Shown here: one piece after another, positions 1 to 23,480 of the stretch
Numbering within the stretch: the stretch's first letter is position 1
Layout: each line of letters opens with the position of its first letter
Assembly (NCBI GenBank): GCA_963693365.1
Contig: CAVNZM010000015.1
Location: forward strand, 3,851,502 to 3,915,501
Length of the DNA: 64,000 bases
Reading direction: 5' to 3'
DNA from: Amoebidium appalachense
Lineage: Eukaryota > Protista > Ichthyosporea
Position numbers and translations under genes: made by a program
The notes under the pieces: generated by a model
What the model was told of the DNA's origin: nothing
Seen by the model: only the letters and a program-made list of their open reading frames with translations
Database searches by the model: none

Positions 1-875
1 CTTCGGATGCTTTTTATGGTGTTTTGGGCTGCACACACAGCAGCAATGGCCAGGCCCTCCGCCATTTCATCTTCAGCCGCCTTTGCCTCTTTGACACGCT
101 CTCGAGCATTCTGGAGCTCCCCCCTCACACTAGTTAGCTGTGCATCGAGGTCCATCGTATGGTCATGCAACGAAGTCTCAGGTGTTTTGGTGTGCTTGGG
201 CCTGGGCTTAGCGGCAGGGGTGGTCTTGGCAGGAGTGGTCTTGGTGGTAGGGGTGGTCTTGGCAGGAGTGGTCTTGGTGGTAGGGGTGGTCTTGGCAGGA
301 GTGGTCTTGGCGGCAGGGGTGGGGGCAGTCACAGGGGCGGTCTTTGCGGCAGGGGTGGGGGCAGTCACAGGGGCGGTCTTTGCGACAGGGGTGGGGGCAG
401 TCACAGGGGTGGTCTTTGCGGCAGGGGTGGGGGCAGTCACAGGGGCGGTCTTTGCGACAGGGGTGGGGGCAGTCACAGGGGTGGTCTTTGCGGCAGGGGT
501 GGGGTCAGCAGTCACAGTGGTGGTGTTGGCGGCAATGGTAGTCTTGCGAGGGCCACTGAAAATGTAGTTTTCATAGGCCACCTGGCCATCCCGACGGGGT
601 GCTGCAGCCCGTTGCAGGCTGGCAAGCTCGGCCTGCAGGGTCTTGATCTGCTCTTCGGCTGCCCTCAGTCGTGCCTCTACATCAGAGGGCTGGGGTTGGG
701 GGGGTCGGGGGGTACGCGCAGCATTCTCATTGGTCACTTGACTGCGGAGGCTGGTGAGGTCGGTGCGGAGGCTGGTGACGTCGGTGTGCAGGGCCGTTAA
801 GCGAGACGAATGGTCCGTGTACAGAAAATCAAAGCGCTTCTGCAGCTGTTGAAGCTCCTCTTTCCAAGAATCCAT
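1..875 (-). CDS. Intronless coiled-coil protein with Thr/Pro/Ala/Lys repeats; runs off the left edge; unknown function, possibly mobile-element or viral
   Basis: Not in the ORF track because it has no stop in the window. Manual translation from ATG at 875 is open to base 1: MDSWKEELQQLQKRFDFLYTDHSSRLTALHTDVTSLRTDLTSLRSQV...VEARLRAAEEQIKTLQAELASLQRAAA...(TPAAKTTPVTAP)-like repeats...MDLDAQLTSVRGELQNARERVKEAKAAEDEMAEG. TATA-like ATATAAAA at 979-972 on the minus strand. Confidence 0.75.
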   Translation of the reverse strand, partial: MDSWKEELQQLQKRFDFLYTDHSSRLTALHTDVTSLRTDLTSLRSQVTNENAARTPRPPQPQPSDVEARLRAAEEQIKTLQAELASLQRAAAPRRDGQVAYENYIFSGPRKTTIAANTTTVTADPTPAAKTTPVTAPTPVAKTAPVTAPTPAAKTTPVTAPTPVAKTAPVTAPTPAAKTAPVTAPTPAAKTTPAKTTPTTKTTPAKTTPTTKTTPAKTTPAAKPRPKHTKTPETSLHDHTMDLDAQLTSVRGELQNARERVKEAKAAEDEMAEGLAIAAVCAAQNTIKSIR

Positions 876-1168
876 GTTTCGTGTGAGTGTTTGAAAAACA
901 AGTTTGTTGTGTGTCGCCTTTTACTATTGAGTGTCAGTGTTGAAATGAGTGAATGTGACCGTGTGTGCTGCTTTTATATGCCACGGTACAAAGCAGCTTA
1001 CAGCAATGGTGCCAAGGCTCAATGGGATAGATCTCTCCAATCAACGGTCATTGTCACTCAAACGGCCTTGATGGTTGGCAAAGTATCACGTCTAAGCTTG
1101 ATGAAAACAAACCCGTGGCTGCTAACCATTGGCCGGGTATAGATCTAACCAAAAAAGGAAGGCACAAC

Positions 1169-1407
1169 AAATTGGTGCCTGCACACGGAGCATGCCTATA
1201 GGCTGTTTAGACACCACACGTGTAGGGCGCTGCCTCTTGGCACCAACCAGAAGAGGGTAGAAATTGGTGCCTGCACACGGAGCATGCCTATAGGCTGTTT
1301 AGACACCACACGTGTAGGGCGCTGCCTCTTGGCACCAACCAGAAGAGGGTAGAAATTGGTGCCTGCACACGGAGCATGCCTATAGGCTGTTTAGACACCA
1401 CACGTGT
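1169..1407. repeat. 92-bp tandem repeat, about 2.6 near-identical copies
   Basis: Unit AAATTGGTGCCTGCACACGGAGCATGCCTATAGG...GGCACCAACCAGAAGAGGGTAG starts at 1169, 1261 and 1353. Each full unit contains the inverted pair TTGGTGCC/GGCACCAA. Confidence 0.95.
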
Positions 1408-1483
1408 TGTGGCTTCTGCCTTTATCACCCACACACCCCCACGTGCCAACATACACTATCCTCCCCGTGAGTGGCATGCCAGT

Positions 1484-1869
1484 CCCCCCAGCCCCCCAGC
1501 CCCCCTGCCCCCCAGTCCCCCCTGCCCCCCTGCCCCCCTGCCCCCCTGCCTGCCGGAACCAGGCCCCCCAGTGGTGGCATTCCAACACGTGCATGCTAGA
1601 AGATCGTGCTACATGAACAAATGGTCTTAACTCAGCCATACATGGGGGATAGAGTATCACACAACCATGGTTCCCCCACTCTCCCCAGCCTCCTGTGCAC
1701 GTGTGCCTCCCCTGCCCCCCTGCCCCCCCTGCTGCCGGAACCACGGCCCCCAGTGGTGGCAGTGAGTGTCCCCCCTGCCTCCCCTGCACGTGTGCCCCCC
1801 CCTGCCTCCCCTGCACGTGTGCCCCCCTGCCTCCCCTGCCTCCCGGAACCACGCCCCGGCGCAGTGGCA
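1484..1869. repeat. C-rich compound repeat: (CCCCCTG)-like runs each followed by CCGGAACCA...CAGTGG(TGG)CA, three copies
   Basis: Motif CCGGAACCA at about 1553, 1735 and 1843, each preceded by CCCCTG repeats. Confidence 0.8.
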
Positions 1870-1897
1870 GCTATTTTTAGATATAGAGATTCCATGG

Positions 1898-1997
1898 CCA
1901 CATGGCCAGATGGCCAGATCATTTTGCTCACCGTTTTATCCCGTTTTATCCACCTTTTTCCACACACTGAATTTGACCTGGCCATCTGGCCATCTGG
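1898..1997. repeat. 20-bp inverted repeat with a 60-bp spacer
   Basis: CCACATGGCCAGATGGCCAG (1898-1917) versus CTGGCCATCTGGCCATCTGG (1978-1997), one mismatch. Confidence 0.85.
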
Positions 1998-2361
1998 GTA
2001 GAGACCGTTTTCTGTTCTAATATTGGAGAACTGTCTGATGGTGATAGCAAATGTCATTCGATAGAACAATCGGGAAACCCCGTGGTGTGACAACCAATCA
2101 GAATGAAGCAATGAAGTGAGGAACCAGCCAAGATTATACATCTCAACCAATCAATATTGAGAAAGCCCTGCTGTTACGTCGACGTAAGCACTTCTGTCGG
2201 TTGGTTTTATTGCTCTCTTGTGGCTCACAACAATCTGGTCCCCGGGACCCCCACTACTACATCAATACATACGGTTACACATGCCTATGGTCGCAGATCG
2301 ATCAACTTGTATGGACTAAGTCTGGGCTGTATACACACGTATCCACACTGGCTACGTGCCT

Positions 2362-2413
<52 letters not shown>

Positions 2414-3010
2414 AACACCTACCCTTGCCCCTAAGAGGTACACTAACCCAAAGAAGCTAGACGGGGGACTAAAAAGCGCGGGCGGGAGGGTGGGCTAGAG
2501 AGAGCAGCGACGGGGGACAAAAAGTGAGGGTGATTTAACCATCACCCGCTTTTTATAGTACCCTAAAAAGCTGCTACTGTGCCTATTGGGTGATCACTTC
2601 GATCTCCCAAATGGCACTACTAAGTTTAGAAAATCTCAAATCAACGATTTTCAACTTAGGTTGCTAGCTATGTCCATAATTCTGCCAACTACAAGCTTAC
2701 ATAACCCAACCTTGCTAAGCCAATTCCCCCCCCCACACACACACCCACACCCACACACCCACACAACAGCATTGCATCGAATTGCTGGCAAAGCTTCCGG
2801 GTAACAAGTGCACTCGGGGTGTCTCCCCTCCGAGGGTTTTATATTTTTTTTTAAAATGTGCACTGCAGAATTTCGGCACTCAGAACGAGATTGCAAGAAA
2901 GCGAGAGCCTCTGAGAGAAAGAGAAAGAGAGAGAGGCCTTTAGACATTAGAAAGAGAGACTGGAAAAGTTAGGAGAAAGAAAGATCTGAGGCCTGGGCCA
3001 GAGAGAGCTC

Positions 3011-3053
<43 letters not shown>

Positions 3054-3119
3054 GCACGCCCGCACGCACACACGCACACACACACACAGAGAGAGGGGGG
3101 GGGGGGGGGAGAGAGAGGC

Positions 3120-3265
<146 letters not shown>

Positions 3266-3891
3266 AGAGAGAGAGAAAACTCTCGACAACTAACTTTATA
3301 GAGTTCCTACTATTCAAAACTAACCCGTCTCATCGACATGCCCAAATTTTAAGCACGAATCGACATGTGCAAAACATGTACCCGGCAAATAGATAGAGTG
3401 GCCCGCATCCAAATGCATTCACACATGAATATTAAAAAGCAAGTGACACTGTCGTGTCTTTGCAAATAGTTAGTGCTCTTGCAGATTTATTACACATTCA
3501 TGGTGATCAGATCCTTTCATAGACAAAACACACAAAATGATTATTGTCATCTGAATCATCGGAAGACAACACTCAATGACATGCTGTAGGCGGGTTGATG
3601 TGTTCGAATTCTAAGTAAGACTGGCCCAGGCCAAATCAATTCATGAATAATCCCTACTGAAAACCATGTGTTTTGTTGAAAATTCTTGGATCAAGCAGAC
3701 AATACCATGTATGTTGAGCTAGAATAAATACAAAATGATGCAACAGCCTGACACGCTTAATCTGTGTGCAAACCGACTAAAAACTTATGTAATCGATCAT
3801 AGTACTATGTAATAGTGTTCAATCTTGTAAGGTTGGTAAATTCTGACGCAGGCGCAAACCAGACATACACACATTAATTTTGGGTACATAT

Positions 3892-3933
<42 letters not shown>

Positions 3934-4308
3934 CCCTCCCCCTTTGCCCTTCAGAACAGCAACATGAACGCGCCAACATCATAAATCCCGACTTGCACCA
4001 ATCTTTAAGACTCTCATAACAATACATTGTCAAAAGTAAATCCAGGTACCGTAGAATATCCAATCCACCAGGAAATTGCGAAAAACATGCCTACATATGT
4101 ATGAATTGATTCCAACGGTTCCACTACTACATTTATATACATTCATGGTCGAAACCAACCTGTGTTGTCACACATAATTTTTCCAACCCTACCCCTTAAT
4201 TGAGCCCTTCACAATCTATGCTACATCATACACAACCCTCCCCTTCACATGTCTTTAATCACAATATCCGGAACCAGAAATTTCATTCCCCCCCTCCCCC
4301 CCCCCCAA

Positions 4309-4340
<32 letters not shown>

Positions 4341-4556
4341 AAAAAAAAAAAGAAAGAAAAGAAAAAAGGAAAAAAGGAAAAAAGAAGAAAAAAGAAAGAG
4401 AAGAACAGAAAGAAAAGAAAAGAAAAGAAAAAAGAAGGAAAGGAAAAGAAAAGAAAAGAAAGGAAAAGAAAAAAGAAAACAAAAGAAGGGCAAGAAAAGG
4501 GGGGAAAAAAGACCCCCCCCCCCCCCCGGAGGTGCTTACATGCCATTTTTGGTGCA

Positions 4557-18343
<13,787 letters not shown>

Positions 18344-18786
18344 CTTGCCCGTTTTGGTCTCTCTCCCTCTCACCGTCCAGCACGGATGTGCCGCAGAAAC
18401 TGAACAAAAAAAAGGAGTGCCCAAAAATAATTACTCTGCCAAGTAGACCGTGTGTCGAGTTGACCTGCGTGCGATTTATTCTTGGATCATGTAAAACCTA
18501 CGGGTTGTATTAAACACACGCACACGCACGTACGTGTATGGAGACACACGCACACTCACAGGAACGTCGTACACGCACTACATATGCACAAGGGGTTTAC
18601 GCTGTTTACTCGAGGCAAAGAGAACCAGTCTCAGGTATGGGGGGGGGGGGTTTGCTCGGAATATCCCCTCAGCGGTATATCATGATCACGTACATAGATG
18701 TCGGGTGGTGACTATATATCAGGGTTTACTTTCTCTACGAGACACCATAAAGACTACAAGGAGAAATCAATTAGTTGGGGTTCCCC

Positions 18787-18832
<46 letters not shown>

Positions 18833-18864
18833 GGGCTCCCCTCGGGACACTCGGTATCAGCTGG

Positions 18865-18941
<77 letters not shown>

Positions 18942-18945
18942 TGCG

Positions 18946-21900
18946 CTATAATTTTGTAGTGATGTGTTTCTCAAGCCAATCAATACATCTAATAAACAGG
19001 TCGTAGTTACGCGTGTTTAGTATAAAATCAAGGATGTTGTAATTTACAGGTAGGCTATCTTTCTGGGTGTCTGTTGTGAATGTGACGTGTGTGTGTTGCG
19101 GTATTATGTGGTCTATCAAACTACATTTGGCGATACATGACCGGTTAAACTGGTGTGTGTGTGTGTTGTTTGGGCATGCAAATGATGCCACCTTATACTT
19201 ATTAGATCTCCACTGTATAGCACGTGTACAGTAAAAGCGTGGTAATTGATCAATAATACCATCAGCTAGAGAAAGACCAGTTCTACAGGAAGGTAATATG
19301 TATTTAGGTGTTATACACTTGCGAGTGCCATATTTGGCAATATGGTTGAGGCGGTCAGTATATATAAAACGAGACATAAGGCTTAGTTTTTCAAGGTGTA
19401 TGCTTTCATCGGGTCTAGTGTCGTTTGGTATCTTTTTCCATTTGTTATATTGCGTGATTATCTTGTGATTGTGTACATGTTTAATAAGTAAGTGGCAGTC
19501 CAAAGTCACACACACACTATTGCGGGGTTTATTTGTATTTGTGCCCAGGGGAGAAGGGGAGAGAGAGGGGAGGAAAGAGGGGAGAGGTGAGGAGGGGACA
19601 GGTCGGATAGAGAAGAGAGGGTGGGAGGGCAAATACTTCTTTAAGCGGCTTATGTGCTTATTGAATTTCAGCGCGAGATAGGATACTCTAGCAGCTATTG
19701 GGACCAGACCATATATCGAGAGCGTTACAGGCCCAGGTTTACAACAGTTGTTAGATAGAAAGGAGGCAACTTCTGCTTCAAGGAAATTTGCCAAGGGTTT
19801 AAGCGCTCTAGTTCTCTCTTTCTTGATCCAAGCGGCGAGAAGGGGTAAACCATATTCACATGCCGGGAAGACAAAAGTGCGAATAAATGTAAGTCTAATA
19901 GAAGGATGGAGGGGTGTGTCTTTAAAAATATTAGCCGAGAAGAAAGCTAACCGCTTACGAGCCAACTCTACCCTCTTTTCGACCATATGGGGAAACATAA
20001 CACCAACAGAATCAACCGGAACACCAAGATATTTGTATTCTGGAACTATAGGTACAGGTTTAGATGATAATGTAAATGTGTGTAAATTGTTAGCTATATC
20101 AGGTACAAGAACACCACATTTGTCTATGTTAAGGATCATAAGGTTTGCCTTGCACCACTCTGACACTACATCGAACAATCTTTGCAGGCGTCTAGGGGTA
20201 CGGGCAAGGAGGGACAGATCATCAGCATAGAGAAGTGCAGGCGGAAAGTTATTAATAGGGTCATCGTTTTCGGCGTAAATCTTGACAGCCAAATCATCTA
20301 TAAATAGGTTAAACAAAAAGGGGCTAAGCAATGAGCCCTGCAAGAGACCTCTAGTACGAGCAAAACCATATGAAAGATGCCCATTAACCACAGCTCTACC
20401 ATAGGTTTGAGACAAGAGTGCTTCTAACAGAACACCAATGCAGTGTGGTACACCCCGTGCAGCAAGCTTTTCCCATAGGAGACCAGGGGAGACAGAATCG
20501 TAAGCAGTTTTCCAATCAATAAAGCCAACATATTGTGCACCAACTTGCATAGAATCGTGCAGTGCCATTATTTGAACATAACATGAATTGTTTTTACGAA
20601 AAGCGGATTGGCATGGGTGTATGTGAAGAATAGATTGAAACCTAGGGTGATGTGCAAATAACCTAAGTAAGCAAGCTTCAAAGAATCTACGAACAACCTG
20701 GGTTAGTGTAATGGGGCGAAAGGATGATATGGGGCCCTCAGAGTCCTTCTTAACTATGGGGATCACTAAGGTATCTAACCAAGATGACGGGACATGTCCA
20801 CATTTAACACACCAAGAAAAGAGAGAGCTTAACATGATAGTAAGATCAGGTTTAATAGCACGATCACTTTCCTTTTGTGGGTAGGAGGGAACAAGGATTT
20901 TAAGAAACCCAGCAGGGAGTCCATCAGGTCCACAAGACTTACTAGAGCTATAACTAGATATCACAGACCATATGGCATCGGGACTGAAAAAGGGGAGGAT
21001 CGATTCTATGGGGATAGATGGGTCTACAGGCCACACAATAGGTTTCTGAGCGGGGGTCCTATCTTTAAACAGTTCCGAGAAATACTTATCAGAGTCTATG
21101 AGGGGGTCTCCAGTGGTATCACCAATAATACGAGCAGGGGGGCCAAATCGATTCATACTAGCAAGCCGGCGCAAGCTTTCCTTTTGAGACAGGGGTTCAC
21201 CTAGTCTAGCGGGAGTGGTGTTTGGTAACAAGAGAGCATCGGGATATTCCTTCCTACCACCGCCAGCATAATCACCGAGATCTATCAAATCATCAACAAT
21301 AAAGTTAGTGCATGTATCTAGTACGAGATGTGAATCTGGCCTGGCTTGTGCAGATTCTAATAGGCGCATATATATAGGGTGTTTCGTAGCATAGCATACA
21401 CATACATCAACTCTACCCCACTGTGACTTAAGCTGGGATAGACGGAGGCGAAAGGTGGGAGGGGGAGGGGGGAGCAGATCAAGGGAGATCTTAGGTAGGA
21501 AAAGGATAGGAGAGTGGTCAGATGACCTAGAGAGGTTAGGAGGGAGAGAGAGTTTTGACATGGTTGATGGCCAAAAGGCCACTCCCCAGTCGGTGTTGTG
21601 GGCATGGGATATTTGAGGGAACCGCAAAGTGTGACTTTGGACATACCTTGCTAAAGGGATAGCACGCTCCGGGGGCTTAGATGGGTACCCGACACTCACT
21701 TGCAGTGTGTCTGTGTGGTGGAGTCGCGTGTTAAAATCACCTAAAATAACAGTGGACATTGGTAACTGTGACAACTCGTGAGTCAATTCGACAACCGACA
21801 TAGATGGTGGGTAATATACAAAAGTAAAAACATTAGAAAGAAACTCTATAGAAACCGAGAATTCCGTTTTTGCTACCGGTTTGCACTTCACTCTCACGTG

Positions 21901-22140
21901 TGGTGCGGCAAGTACAATAATGCCTCGGTTTTTCGCGTAACCGGGGTGTGTGGATGTGTCGACCAATGTAGAGTTGAATTTGTGGTGGTTTTTAAACTGT
22001 GTTTCGCAAATCACTGTAAACGTGTGGTTGTTTGTCTGTTGTTGTATGTAGCTGATTTTATCGTCGAGTGTCCCGGGGGGGAGGCCCTTTTGGGGGCCCA
22101 GTGTCCGAGCATTCCAGAAGAAGAAGGATAAATTAGGCAT
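18946..22140 (-). CDS. LINE ORF2: AP-type endonuclease, reverse transcriptase and C-terminal Cys/His region (1064 aa)
   Basis: APE motifs WNART, ICETQ, YYPP, ILGDFNTR, SDHSPI. RT motifs SCGPDG, FRPITL, QSAFR, FIDWKTAYDSV, GLLQGSLLSPFLFNLFIDDL, LLYADDL, YKYLGV. Confidence 0.97.
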   Translation of the reverse strand: MPNLSFFFWNARTLGPQKGLPPGTLDDKISYIQQQTNNHTFTVICETQFKNHHKFNSTLVDTSTHPGYAKNRGIIVLAAPHVRVKCKPVAKTEFSVSIEFLSNVFTFVYYPPSMSVVELTHELSQLPMSTVILGDFNTRLHHTDTLQVSVGYPSKPPERAIPLARYVQSHTLRFPQISHAHNTDWGVAFWPSTMSKLSLPPNLSRSSDHSPILFLPKISLDLLPPPPPTFRLRLSQLKSQWGRVDVCVCYATKHPIYMRLLESAQARPDSHLVLDTCTNFIVDDLIDLGDYAGGGRKEYPDALLLPNTTPARLGEPLSQKESLRRLASMNRFGPPARIIGDTTGDPLIDSDKYFSELFKDRTPAQKPIVWPVDPSIPIESILPFFSPDAIWSVISSYSSSKSCGPDGLPAGFLKILVPSYPQKESDRAIKPDLTIMLSSLFSWCVKCGHVPSSWLDTLVIPIVKKDSEGPISSFRPITLTQVVRRFFEACLLRLFAHHPRFQSILHIHPCQSAFRKNNSCYVQIMALHDSMQVGAQYVGFIDWKTAYDSVSPGLLWEKLAARGVPHCIGVLLEALLSQTYGRAVVNGHLSYGFARTRGLLQGSLLSPFLFNLFIDDLAVKIYAENDDPINNFPPALLYADDLSLLARTPRRLQRLFDVVSEWCKANLMILNIDKCGVLVPDIANNLHTFTLSSKPVPIVPEYKYLGVPVDSVGVMFPHMVEKRVELARKRLAFFSANIFKDTPLHPSIRLTFIRTFVFPACEYGLPLLAAWIKKERTRALKPLANFLEAEVASFLSNNCCKPGPVTLSIYGLVPIAARVSYLALKFNKHISRLKKYLPSHPLFSIRPVPSSPLPSFLPSLSPSPLGTNTNKPRNSVCVTLDCHLLIKHVHNHKIITQYNKWKKIPNDTRPDESIHLEKLSLMSRFIYTDRLNHIAKYGTRKCITPKYILPSCRTGLSLADGIIDQLPRFYCTRAIQWRSNKYKVASFACPNNTHTHQFNRSCIAKCSLIDHIIPQHTHVTFTTDTQKDSLPVNYNILDFILNTRNYDLFIRCIDWLEKHITTKL

Positions 22141-23317
22141 CGGTTTGGTCCGACACCTGTGGGGTTGGTTCCCACTTGTCGCTTACGGGGTCGTATGCAC
22201 GACCTTCCGCCAGCGCGAACAGTTCGCAGAAGAGCTCGATTTCCATCTCGCATCGGCGTTTGCGCTCGAGCAGTTTCTCACCAGAAAACATTGGTTCCTT
22301 CGTGTCCGTGTCTATCACGCTCGTAGCATCGTTTTCCAACTTTGCGAGGAACTCTTTTGCCTTGCTGATGCGTACACGACAACGTGTGGCGCACGCATTC
22401 TTAGCAGACACTTTACGTTCTTTGTCTGCTTTCTGAATGTTTTCCGGCGCGCATGGGTCGTAGCTTGGGAGGTGGGTGAAGAAGCTTCCACACCCCTTTG
22501 TCGCGTCACGGATGAACGCACGGTTATAGTCGCCCCGTACTGCTACTTCCAGCACATCGTATCCAATGAAGGACAGACAAAGGATGCGAGAGCACCGGAA
22601 GCCGAGAGCCTTGAAGATGGACCACATGGCCCTGTGTGGGCGTCTGCCGTGCTTGACTTTGAAATACACCCTCTCGTATTTGGGTGGGATGTTGATGTTA
22701 CCGTTTGCTTGGGTGTTCCCCTTAGCCGGCGGTTTGGGAGGGGAGTTGCGGCGGTACTCGTTGCCTGCAAGAATGCTGGCATATGTTTCCTTGGCAATTT
22801 GGCGGAGCTCGGGTGTTTTACGAGAGTTCGCATATTCTAGGAACTCTGCCGGGAGCTGTGCTTCCGGTCCTGTGTTGTTTTGTGTTGGGGTGGAAATGTC
22901 TCCGTCGCGAGATGTTTGCTCATGAGTTTTGGGGTTTTGCGATCCACTAATGTTTAGCTGGGCTGTGAGTGAATCAATGGTGAGCTTGAGTTGGGTATTT
23001 TCTGTTTGGAGTTTTTCTATCATGTTCTTGAGTGGTAACAGCTCATTTAGCTGTTTCTTAACGAGGGCAAGTTCTGCCAGTACTGTATCAACCGAAAGTT
23101 TCGGCATGGTTGTTATTGTGTTTCTACGGAGTGGTGTGGTGTTATTCTGAATGGGTAGTGTATTGTAAATAGGTGTTGCGCTTAGTCTAAGGCGATGTTT
23201 TTCTGGTTGTGCATCTGTGGTAGGTGTATCTGCTGGACGTTTTAATGGTCGCACATGTGTGATGGGTGTAGATGGAACTTTGAAAGAGGTTCTGAAACGA
23301 TTATAGGCATGTGCCAT
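22133..23317 (-). CDS. LINE ORF1 nucleic-acid chaperone (coiled coil plus RRM-like region, 394 aa)
   Basis: Lies directly upstream of ORF2 and overlaps it by 8 nt. Coiled coil LAELALVKKQLNELL...LQTENTQLKLTIDSLTAQL. The segment YERVYF...RILCLSFIGYDVLEVAVRGDY...YDP resembles, from memory, ORF1 of early-diverging-fungal LINEs. Confidence 0.88.
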   Translation of the reverse strand: MAHAYNRFRTSFKVPSTPITHVRPLKRPADTPTTDAQPEKHRLRLSATPIYNTLPIQNNTTPLRRNTITTMPKLSVDTVLAELALVKKQLNELLPLKNMIEKLQTENTQLKLTIDSLTAQLNISGSQNPKTHEQTSRDGDISTPTQNNTGPEAQLPAEFLEYANSRKTPELRQIAKETYASILAGNEYRRNSPPKPPAKGNTQANGNINIPPKYERVYFKVKHGRRPHRAMWSIFKALGFRCSRILCLSFIGYDVLEVAVRGDYNRAFIRDATKGCGSFFTHLPSYDPCAPENIQKADKERKVSAKNACATRCRVRISKAKEFLAKLENDATSVIDTDTKEPMFSGEKLLERKRRCEMEIELFCELFALAEGRAYDPVSDKWEPTPQVSDQTDA

Positions 23318-23421
23318 GACATGGATGGGGGTGTTCCCCGGCCCTTAGGGCCACGGATGGCCTGGTTTAGGGGTGGATGCGCGAAGGATACTATTTATTA
23401 GCAGATAATAAAGAGCGACAT

Positions 23422-23480
23422 TTGAATCGATGTGTGCGACTGAATCGATGTGTGCGCGACTGAATCGATGTGTGCGCGAC
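23422..23480. repeat. Short tandem repeat TGAATCGATGTGTGCG(CG)AC x3
   Basis: Three consecutive 18-20 bp units just outside the LINE 5' end. Confidence 0.9.

Larger units (their letters stand above)
18788..23332 (-). mobile_element. Intact non-LTR retrotransposon (LINE; ORF1 plus APE-RT ORF2) with poly(A) tail and a candidate 8-bp target-site duplication
   Basis: Two uninterrupted ORFs; poly(T) on the + strand at 18788-18828 is the poly(A) tail. GTTCCCCG occurs at 18780-18787 and again at 23333-23340. The 5' boundary rests only on this short repeat. Confidence 0.92.

Noticed and set aside
7-800. Plus-strand ORFs of 186 and 213 aa
   Set aside because: Antisense shadows of the repeat region of the more protein-like minus-strand ORF starting at 875.
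1169-1407. CRISPR-like appearance of the 92-bp array (also the 36-bp array at 45211)
   Set aside because: Units are contiguous with no unique spacers, no cas genes are present, and the context is eukaryotic.
23318-23400. HDV-like ribozyme at the LINE 5' end
   Set aside because: Short GC hairpins are present, but I could not assemble the P1-P4 pseudoknot, and most of this stretch lies outside the candidate TSD.
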